Source of the DNA: Azolla caroliniana
Taxonomy: Eukaryota > Plantae > Polypodiophyta
DNA: 64,000 bases
NCBI GenBank assembly: GCA_043228905.1
Contig: JBHGNT010000004.1
Coordinates: forward strand, 11,594,001-11,658,000
Direction: 5' to 3'
The notes under the pieces were generated by a model that was given only the letters and a program-made list of their open reading frames with translations, searched no databases and was not told the origin of the DNA. A program made the translations under genes and the position numbers. Below, in pieces: positions 24,783 through 35,419 of this stretch; position 1 is the first letter of the stretch, and each line of letters begins with the position of its first letter.

Positions 24783-26911
24783 AAGATGTCGCGTTACTAC
24801 GCGCGTGCGTGGGGAAACGAGGTGGGACCACTGGGGTCTTGAACCAAAGAGCAGGTGATAGAAGGGGAAAGAGAAAGAGAGAGACGCTTGGTTACGTATG
24901 AGCAAAGAAACACAGGGACACGACCCTGTCAACGCAGAAGACACGAATGGACACAGAGATAGAGAGACACGAATGTTTGTATATTAATGAATGACAAATA
25001 AACAATAGAGCACGCGAGCGGCTACAACCGAATAGGCCGGCGAATAGATGCCGATGCCTGCACATCTGCGCATGAAAGGGGATAGGATGGAGGTGCTGCC
25101 GAAAGCACACGGGCGTTCCTCGAAGCAGCGCGAGCCTCCCGAAAACCTGCAGAGAAGAGCGATGGAGAACGAATGGAGGAGAAGCGTTCGGTTTCGGTCC
25201 GACAACACTTCATCCTCCTCAATAATAATATATATCCCCCTCTCCCGCGTCTCCCTCTCTTTTATAGCTTCAAGAAGGGAGCCGTTTCCCTTATTAACTT
25301 CCTACCTACCGAATCTAACTACCTAGGATATACCTTTGTACCTAATTCTCTATTATATACATTAAAGGGCGCGCACGCGTGAAGAGCCGGTTCACGCGCG
25401 CTATGCACCGATTACGCTAAGGGACGGTTTTCTTCACGACAACGTCGTAAGAGACGAGCATGGGAGGCATCCCAATATTGGGAACTCTACCATATGGTCA
25501 TGAGTAGTGATTGCGCTACTGCATGGAAGAGATTACGGGAACCAAGACCACAAACACCCATCGAAGATCCCGAAACCTGACGCAAATATACAGAGAGACT
25601 TTACCAAATCCCAAACCAACCACCCATTCCAATGCCTTGTACAACCCGATCTACCGTGGGGACACTTTTCACGACCTCTAGGGTCGCGAAGGTCATAAAG
25701 AAATTACAACATAGGAAGTCCATGGACCACACAGGATTGCGAGCAGAACTCATCATATATGCGAGAGAGTGCCTAGCTCCCTTGCTAACTCTAATATTCA
25801 ATCGTGCCCTCGCGGAGGGTTTTCCACCACAATGGAATATGAACACAGTGGCCCCCATACATAAAGGGGGGGACCCCATGGACCCAAATACATATAAGAC
25901 CATTATGATAGGGCATACCCTTGCTAAATTATATGGTGCAATAATGGAGGCTGAGCTTAGCGATTATATGGAGACCCTAAATCTTCGCGCACCTGAGCAT
26001 GCTGGCTTTAGACGAGCCTTCTCCACTATTGATCATATCTTCACACTTAGATGCTTAATTGACTAGACTAAGGCTTGTAAGAAGAAATTATATTGCTATT
26101 TTGTGGAGTTCCGCATAACCTTTGACACGGTCCCTAGAGAGCGTTTGTTTGATAGGCTTAAAATCTTGAGGATACTAGATGAAATGGTTTGGGCCATCTA
26201 CGCACTATATGAACAAGTGTCCGGGTGTGTTCGATGCCCAAGCGGCCTATCCAATTGTTTCACTAGTACTATTGGTGTAAAACAAGGTTGTCCCCTATCT
26301 CCAACTCTTTTTGGGATCTACATTGATGAGGTCACAGATTTTATTGCTCGTAAGGGAGGGAACGGAGTAGTCCTTGGGGATACGCAGGTTCGTATCTTGC
26401 TCTATGCAGACGACATAGTTTTGCTCTCTGAATCTGAACACGACCTACAAAGGCACCTTAATGCCTTAGATGACTTTTGCGCACAACGAGGATTGGCAGT
26501 GAATCTAGGGAAAACTAAAGTCCTTATCTTCCACACACCGGCCCAAGTTAGATCTAAGTGTCACCTAACTACTCCCAGAGCCCAATTGAGGTGGTTGGAT
26601 CATATGTCTATCTTGGAGTCACTTTCAGTACCCACTCAGGTAAATTTCCGATGACACAAGCAACGAAGGATAGACTTACGAGAGGACATGCATCCCTCTC
26701 ACTCCTCGAGAGACAATGCCATCAAGCATACTTTCAAGAGCCATGGACTAAAGGGTGGCTCTTTGACTCATTAGTGACTCCCTCCCTCATGTATGCATCA
26801 GTGGTTTGGGCTCCAGGACTACCATCTTTTATGTGGATGCAATTAGAGAGACCATTGGTGATAAAGTTGTCACGTCAACTCCGAAGCAAATCGATAGTAC
26901 CACATGACATT

Positions 26912-29900
26912 TGTTAAGAATTAGGTAATTAAGCAAGGGTTAATTAGTACCTAATTATGTGATTAAGTTAAGAGGAAGATTAAGTGATATGTGTGTGTAT
27001 GTGTGTGAGAGGAAGAGAGAGAGAAGTACACTTATGAGCAACACAAGATGGGGGATGATTAACTCTATATTAACTTAGCATTATCATCATCATCATCATC
27101 AAATACAAAAATACCTACAATGAGGTATATATAGATCTCATGTGCAAGGGTGCACATGTGTGAGGATAATATGAAGAGAATAGCACGGAATATTGCTCGG
27201 CCACAACCGAGTCTTGAACACTTCACTTGGAACGAAACACAGAAATGGTAAATAGAGAGTACACAAGGAAATACACAGGATGTTTATGTGGAAAAACTTG
27301 AATGGGAAAAACCACGGGAGCCCACAGACTCCAACTATCACTATATGAGAAAGGTACACTCAGAGCCTTGGAGGCAACGACCTCGAGCTCTGTATCTACG
27401 CCAACCGGTGGTTACAATAGAATATTTCTCTGTAACTTACACACACACACACTCTCTCTCTGTTGCTCTCTATACAACAGTTACAACAATATGACAACAT
27501 CTACACATAAGTGTTTGCCCTAGGTCATATTTATACTAATATGCCTTTAGGACTATTTACAAATATAGCTTCCATGGGCTTACTAGAAAACATATTTACA
27601 AATATGTCTTCTACATCCGATTCTCACCGGATCCTCATCATCCAGTTCTCAAGATCCCATCCGAAGGGACCAAAATCCCAACAATATCCCCCTTCACTCC
27701 AGCATGAGTCTAGCTTGTCGGGTGTCAACACTTTGGTCAGCATGTCCAACCCATTCTCCTCCGTGTGGATTTTTGTCGGCATGAACTCTTGATCTTCTAC
27801 TCTTTCCTGGATCCAGTGGTACCTCCGCTAGATATGCTTTGTCCGGGAATGGTAGGCCATGTTCTTTGGAAGGTGGATGGCACTCCGACTGTCGCAATAG
27901 AGCCGGTATTCCTCCTCTCGGATCCCTAGCTCACCGATGAAGTTCTTCATCCATATTATTTCATTGCCGACTTCCACAGCTGCCATGTACCCGCTTCCGT
28001 GGTTGACAACGCAACCGTCTTCTGCAGCCTCGCTGCCACGAAACAACTCCCCTTGCATAAGTCATGACATAACCAGATGTGGACCGGCTGGTATCTGCAT
28101 CAGCCGACATGTCTAAATCCGTGAATCCATCAAGTTGGGGTTTACCGGAGCCGAATCGGAAGCACATAATCGAGGTGCCTTTCAAATACTAGAGTATCCA
28201 CTTGACCGCGTTCCAGTGCTCTCTTCCGGGATTGCTCATGAACCGGCTCACCACTCCAATTGCATATCCGATATCCGGCCGGGTACACACCATTGCGTAC
28301 ATCAAGCTCCTGACGATAGAGGCATATGGTATCTTCATAATATCCGCCTTCTCTACCTTTGTCCTCGGGCTCTGCTTTTCGGATAGCTTGTAGTTTGCCG
28401 GAAGTGTCGATCCGACCGGTTTCACATCCGACATGTTGAACCGTTGAAGCACCTTCGTCACGTACTTTTCCTGTGACAGCCACAATAGCTTCTTCGACCG
28501 GTCCCAAATGATGTGCATCCCCAATATCTGTCTTGCCAGATCCAAGTCTTTCATTGAGAAGGTCCGGTTCAGGGCCTTCTTCAGCATCCGTATTTTGACT
28601 TGGTCTCATTCGACTATAAGCATATCATCCACATATAGGAGTAATATCAGGGAATCTCCTCCATCAAATTTCTTCACAAAGACGCAATGATCGGCTTGCG
28701 TCTTGTGGTACCCTTGATCCATCATGAAGGAGTCGAACTTCCGGTACCATTGCCGGGGAGCATGTTTCAGTCCATATAAGCTCTTCTTCAGCCGGCATAC
28801 CAGGTGCTCCTTCCCTTTCTTCACGAATCCTTCTTGTTGTTGCATGTAGATCTCCTCTTCGAGGCACCATGTAGGAATGCCGTCTTGATGTCCAGTTGCT
28901 CTACCTCAAGGTCCATGCCTGCCGCTATGCTCAACACCATCCGGATGGAAGTCATCTTTACTACTGGGGCAAAGATCTTGTCGAAATCCACTCCTTCCTT
29001 CTGCTGGAATCCCTTTACCATGATTTGGGCCTTATACCTTGGTGGATTTCCGGCGTCTCCCGGTTTCAGCTTGTACACCCACTTGTTCCGGAGTGCTCTC
29101 TTCCCTTTCGGCAACTCTGTCAGTTATATGTGTGGTTCTCATGTGGGGAATCCATCTCATCCTGCATGGCACTCAGCCACTTGCACCTGTGGGTGTTTCT
29201 CTTTGCTTCTTCGAAGCTTTCCGGCTCCCCCTCAGCGCCTCAGCCCAAAACGTCTTGGGTAACTTGGCATGTGCTAACATGCTCCGGACCATTATGGTCC
29301 GGTTCATCCATTCGGCCAGCCCGTTTAGTTCCGACGTCTTCGACACAGTGAACTCGAGCCGGATTCCCTTCGACCGACAGTACTCCTCGAACTGCCCCCG
29401 ATATTCTCCTTCGTTATCTACTCGAACCGCCTTCAGCTTCTGGCCGGTTTCTCTTTCCACTCTCGCGTGCAGCTCCTTGAAGAAGGATAGCACCTGATCC
29501 TTTGTCTTTAACGGTGAGACCCACAACTCCCGACTGTGGTCGTCTATGAATATCACGAAGTACTGCTATCCGGCATGTGACTTTGTGTCCACTTGACACA
29601 CATCGGTATGCACCAGCTCTAGTCGTGCATTCCATCTCATCGGTGGTCTTGACCGGAAGGAGGTTCGGTTTTGCTTGCCGGCCAAGTAATTGATGCACTT
29701 CTCAAGTTGCACGTCCTTCATCGGAATGAGGTTGTCTTCGGCAAGCCTCTTCATCCCCTTCTCACTCATGTCACACAGTCTTTTGTGCCATAGGTCACCG
29801 GGAGTGTCGGAAGCAACGTTCACTTCTTCTTCCCGGCATAACAGGGCGTTCATTAGGTACAATGTGTTGACTTTCTGGGCCCGAGCCACTATTAGACTCC

Positions 29901-31806
29901 CTTTGCTGAACTTCATGACTCTGTTCCGGATGCTACCCGTGTAGCCTTCATCATCTAGCCGATCGGCTGATATTAGGTTCAGTTGAACCTCTGTAACGTG
30001 TCGGACATCCTTCAGCAACAACTTGCATCCGGTTGGTGTCGTCAACCACACATCTCCTATGCCGACAATTCGGCATGTACCTTCATTCCCCATCCGGACA
30101 CAGCCGTGCTCACCGGCTGTGTAGGATGAGAAGCATTTCCGGTCCAGGATAAGGTGGAACGACGCTCCAGAATCGACAACCCATGTTGTCTCATCGCCGG
30201 CAAGGTTCAACTCACTCTCCTCAGTGATGAGCATTAGTTCCTCTTCAGTTGCCACGATCGCCGTCCTTCCCTTCCAGTCCGGGCCTCACCGATCCGAACC
30301 GTTTCGGTCTGGTGACTTCTTCGAATCGGTACTATCGGTTCCCTTGTCTTTTCAGAAATGCCGACAATTCTTCTAGAAGTGCTCCGGTTTGCCGCAATAG
30401 AAGCAAGTGGGCCTCCCCCTTGACTTTGACAGTGTTCCCAACTTTTCCCGGTTCTGGGGACTCCGATTCCTTTGACTTCCATGTTCCGATTCGGTAAGGA
30501 GGGCTTTGGTGTTAGAGATCACCTCCTTGTCTTTCCGACGCGCCTCCTCATCTAGCAAGCTCGACTTTACTCTTGCTAGGGATAGCTGTTTTCCTTCTGG
30601 CCCGGCGTTGCCCAACGTGACAACTAACGTCTCCTAGCTATTTGGGAGGGAATCGAGCAGGAGTAGAGCAAGTACCTCATCGGCGAGAGGTACTTCCAAC
30701 GAGGTTGCCTGATGTATCAGTCCCTAGAAGGCATTCATGTGCTCCGCCATACTAGAGCCGTCTTGGTACCGGAGCCTCACTAGCTTCCGGAATACCGAAA
30801 CCTGGTTAATGGCATTCTTGTTCTAGAACATGATGTCGATCTTCTCCCAGAGTTCATGAGCCTTGCTCTCTTCATTGAAGTTGTTGTACAGGCTCATGTC
30901 GATGAAGCACTGAATGTATGCCGTCATCTTCTTGTGCATCACCTCCCACACTGAACCGGCAACCAAAGATCTTTAACCACCAGCATGTCCCTCATCTTCG
31001 ACTTCCACACTGAGTAGTTGGAGCCGGTGAGCTTGAACATTCCGCCGAATGATTCTTCCATTTCCTTTGTTGTTCGCTCTAATACCAAATTGAAGAGAAT
31101 AACGCGGAATATTGCTCGGCCACAACCGAGTCTTAAACACTTCACTTGGAACGAAACACAGAAATGGTAAATAGAGAGTACACAAGGAAATACACATGAT
31201 GTTTACGTGGAAAACCCTGAATGGGAAAAACCACGGGAGCCCACAAACTCCAACTATCACTATATGAGAAAGGTACACTTAGAGCCCTGGAGGCAACGAC
31301 CTCGAGCTCTATATCTACGGCAACCGGCGGTTACAACAGAGTATTTCTCTGTATCTTCACACACACACACACACAGTCTCTCTCTCTCTCTCTGTCGCTC
31401 TCTATACAATAGTTACCCCAATATGACAACATCTACACATAAATGTTTTCGCTAGGTCATATTTATACTAATATGCCTTTAGAACTATTTACAAATATAG
31501 CCTCTATGGGATTACTAAAAAACATATTTACAAATATGTCTTCTACATCCGGTTCTCACCGGGTCCTCATCATTCGGTTCTCAAGATCCCATCCGGAGGG
31601 ACTTAAATCCCAACATAATATAGGTACAAAAGTGTAAGTCCTATATTAAATGTACTTAGGAGTGAAGGATCTAGAATATCCCACTTAAGTACAAGGTCCT
31701 ATTTAAGGCGTTATAGTCAACACTTCTAACTAGATTCTATCTAGGTAAATAGGAAGTTACATGGTTGACTAAATAACTAAACTAAGTTGAGCTTGATCTC
31801 TCAACA
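26912..31806 (-). mobile_element. Copia-type solo LTR (~445 bp: 26912-27171 plus 31621-31806), split by a later insertion
   Basis: TG...CA ends. TSD ACATT at 26907-26911 and 31807-31811. Terminal TGTTGAG..AAGCTCAAC as in the 2195-2593 LTR. Confidence 0.88.
27172..31615 (-). mobile_element. Ty1/copia element, decayed, with an internal deletion
   Basis: LTRs 27172-27683 and 31091-31615. TSD TAATA (27167-27171, 31616-31620). PBS TGGTATTAGAGC at 31076-31087. PPT GAAGGGGGA. Fragments of gag, PR (WVVDSGAS), IN, RT (YVDD) and RH. Confidence 0.95.
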
Positions 31807-31823
31807 ACATTATTAGGGCTGAG

Positions 31824-33225
31824 GCGTCCGATATCCGCTTTGGCTTTCGTCGGTTTCGTGTGCTTCCGTCAGGCCTTCGACTTTCTTCGGCCTTTCCGAG
31901 GCAATCTCGGGTCCTCCCCCTCAAGCCGGTGTCGAAGGCTTGTAGTGTGTGGGCGAAGGTCGACTACTTACACCCATCATGGGTTACGAGCCGCTTTGGT
32001 GGAGTTCTTGGGCTCTTGTTCGGCCGCTACCTTCATCGCGAAGGCATAGTGATGGGCCATGTACTCATTGTAGCCGTGCTGAGTGACGGGGTCTTAGCTA
32101 TAGATGAGCGTCAAAGTTTTTCTCTTGCTGATGTAAGCGCCTTCTTTACTCTGGGTGTCCGCATGATGGGTACACCGAACTCACTGTCTAGTGAGGGAGC
32201 CGACACATCCGAGTCACTGTCGTCGGGGTGATCGACTTCGTATTCGGGCATCTTACCTTTGCCTTTGTCCAAGTTCGTAATTGGACGCGAGGTGCTTGGG
32301 TCGTGTGGGGGCTCTTGTGGCCAACTAGGCCTTGCCGTAATCGGACTTTCTTCGAACATGTGTTCGAAGGGATCTCCATCTTCTACCTCTTGTTCGGTGG
32401 ATTCCGGGTCGAGCGGAGTCAAAGTTGTCTCTAGTGCGTACCAGGATGCGGACTCGTCGAAGAGTACGTCTGGACTTACACGAACCGCTCGGGTAGAAGG
32501 GTTGTAGCACTTGTATGCCTTCTTCTCGAATGAGTATCCTATGAGGATACATTCCTCCGACTTCGCATCGGGCTTCTGTCGTTGTTCGTTCGGGATGCGT
32601 ACATTCTCAATGCTTCCGAACATTTTGAGGTGCGACAGGATCAACTTCCTTCCGACGAGCAACTCATATGGAGTTAGCTCATGCACTCCATTAGTGGTAC
32701 ACCGGTTCATGAGATAGACGGCCGTGGATGCCGCGTCGGCCCGATAGAAGTTCGGCATGTGCTTCTCATGTATCATGGCACGTGCTACCTCGAGTATTTG
32801 CCGATTCTTTCTTTCGGCTACTCCATTTTGTTGGGGTTTGTGTGGGCACGAGAATTCTCTCCGAATGCCTTCACTTTGGAGGTAGGAGGTGAATTCGTCG
32901 GAGAAGTACTCCTTTCCTCCATCCGATCGTAGGCATTGAATGTGCTGATTGGTTTCTTTTTCGACTTGCCCCTTGAGCTTTTGGAAGTGGGAGAACACTT
33001 CGCTCTTCTTCTTCACCGGGAAGATCCACGCGTAGCGTGAGTAGTCATATATGAAGGTGACGTAGAATTGGCATCCGCCGATCGTCGGCGTATGAGCCGG
33101 TGCCCATACATCCGAGTGCATGATGTCGAGGAGGCCTTTGCTCGCGTGGCTCTCCTTCCAAAATGGGAGTTGATGTTGTTTGCCAAGTTGACACGCTTTG
33201 CATACTCGGTCGACTCGAATGTCGG
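31824..33225 (-). mobile_element. Ty1/copia internal fragment (integrase region), no LTRs
   Basis: ORF 32111-33256: CKACQLGKQH, HSDVW, LRSDGGKEY, QQNGVAERKN. Confidence 0.9.
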
Positions 33226-33504
33226 TCTTGTATATATATAGTGAAGTTATGTGCATCTGTGTCTGTGTCTGCGTCTTTGGAGTTTCTTCTTTCCTTTTCT
33301 GTACATAGGATGCGTGTGTCTAATCAGTGTTGGGTGCATGCCCTTTTCCCTCTCTCATTCGGTTGCTCCCGGTACGTATTCGGAAACACTCTGGTTGGTT
33401 TCCTATCCTATCGTGGGAAACAGTGAAACTCGACCTTCCATGCTCCATATCTCTCTGGTCCAAGGCCCCTATGGTCCCGCCCCAGATCTAACACACGCGT
33501 GCGC

Positions 33505-34345
33505 TGTCGTAGTGTAGGTTGCACACTATGTGGAAATTATATTTTTGTCCCTCCGGATAGAGAATGGAGTGCTCGGTGAGAATAGGAGGAAAACGGCATA
33601 CCGGCAAGGAGGAAAAACGGCATACCGGCAAGGAGGAAAACGGCATACCGGCAAGGAAGAAAACGGCATACCGGCAAGGAAGAGCCGGATAAAGAGACAT
33701 AAATGTAAAAATTAAAAAGGAAATACTCACTACTGCGCAAGGCGTGATTCGAACTCTGCACCTCCACGTTGACAAACCCCAACCTTACCATTACATTAAC
33801 TTATCTTAAGTGTTTTAAATATAGATTTAATACGTATAAGACCTTTATTTATGCATACCTTTATTAAAAGGTAAATCATGTATTTTTTTAATATATGAAA
33901 AAGAAAAAAAACATGAGACACTAAAAATAACTCATGCACATCTAGCGTGCATGAGCCCTATACTTAGGAAATAAAAAAGCATCACATGCACATTTAGTGG
34001 ACATGAACACTTTTTGTAAAAAAAAAAAAAGCATGAAGCCATGCTTAGCTCTTCCTTCCTTATATAAGGAGGAGAGAAATATATAAAGGGTTGTTGATTA
34101 TTTTTCTATAATGATTAATCAATACAAAAATTATTCGTGGGATTCACGATTTATACATCTACTTCTCTCTTAACACCCTAAGTACCAATTAATATAGTAT
34201 ACTCGTGTGATTCACGAGTTTCTTATCTTTCTCTTCGCTATTTATTCATAATTAATCTCTATCTCACGAACTTCTTTCTCCTAGTCCAAGACCTCTGTGG
34301 TTCCCACCCGACTCACGCAACGATCCGGAGCCGAAAGGCACGACA
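33505..34345. mobile_element. Solo LTR (element Y, 841 bp) inserted in the 5' LTR of element X
   Basis: Termini TGTCGT...ACGACA. TSD GCGC at 33501-33504 and 34346-34349. Removing it restores CACACGCGTGCGCGGATTACCG, as seen near 54940. Confidence 0.88.
33584..33683. repeat. Four tandem 23-24 bp repeats
   Basis: AAAACGGCATACCGGCAAGGARG x4. Confidence 0.95.
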
Positions 34346-35419
34346 GCGCGGATTACCGTGACATCTTTGGTGAACCCGGCGTGAAAGGGCGGCAAGGGAG
34401 GATGGAGTCGGAAGACGAAGACTTTGCGGAGATGGTGGCCGAAGTGGTGATGGAGTTCGGACGAGTGACGATGAGACGAGAAATAGCACAACAAGCTATT
34501 GAGTGAGTGGTCGAAAGAGTCGGCCGTTCAATGGGGACAAAGTCCCATTCTACTTGGAAGCTTACAATGCAGAAATGAAGATGTGAGACGTAGACAAGGC
34601 GTTGAGGCTGGAGTTCTTTTGTTGGGTCGTCGCCGTCCATATGCACGTGGAAGTGATGGAGCTCCGAGAAGCTCATAGTTTGTGGGAGGCCTTTGAAGAG
34701 GCGCTCCTGCAAGATAACGCGCGACAACACGTCATCACGGCAGGAGGTGGGCACGCAACAAGAAGGATCGGCGAAGATCAATGTCGAAGCCTTGGTCCGG
34801 GTAGCGTACGAGGCTCTGAAGACGATGGTTGAAGAAGAAGAGAGATCCGACACGCGGATGAATTCCAAAAACTCAGAGCTAGTCGGCCTTCCGAACAAGG
34901 CGGACATGGCTCAAGCAAAGGCCGAATAATGGTACGACGGTACTATCGAGGAATACGCGGAATAGTCTCCGGCAACAACCGAAGAGTAAATCACTTTGTA
35001 CAGTCGAACACAGAAGAAATGGGAAATGGAGGTAAGTGCATAAATAGAAAGAAAAGAGAATACACAGGATATTAACGTGGAAAACCCTGAGAGGGAAAAA
35101 CCACGGGAGTCCACAGACTCCAAACTATCACTATATCACAATGATTACAATAGTGAGCTCATGGAGGCAACGACCTCGTGCTCACGATCTTCGCCACAGG
35201 CGGAGGTTACAACAGAGGCCACGACCTCTCTATATCTCGAGCTCACTCTCTCACACTCTCTCTCTGTACATGGTTGCTCTCTCACAATCGCGACAACGAC
35301 AATGACAACTGCTACACTAAGTTTGCCCTAAGTCATATTTATACTAAAATGACTTTTCGGCTATTTACAAATATAGCCTCGATGGACTCTCAGAAACATA
35401 TTTACGAATATGTTCCTTC

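Larger units (their letters stand above)
18417..25441 (-). mobile_element. Full-length Ty3/gypsy element (element A), tRNA-Trp primed, 4-bp TSD ACGT, coding region disrupted
   Basis: 655-bp LTRs at 18417-19071 and 24787-25441 (~19 mismatches). ACGT at 18413-18416 and 25442-25445. PPT GGTGGGGGCGGA. Domain order gag, CMWCNEVGHIWKDC knuckle, protease VDHGSE, RT PFLDD, RNase H, integrase. No chromodomain visible. Confidence 0.96.
18060..31823 (+). mobile_element. Truncated LINE (RTE-X-like ORF2) in three pieces: ~18060-18416, 25446-26911, 31812-31823
   Basis: NRWFDEDCR, GGDPMDPNTYKTIMIG, AGFRRAFSTIDH, GVKQGCPLSPTLF, LLYADD. The reading is restored across the inserts (MTR|RKRR and VPHDI|IRAE). 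Confidence 0.88.

Noticed and set aside
33734-33800. Functional tRNA gene
   Set aside because: Acceptor and anticodon stems do not pair; kept only as a tRNA-like segment.
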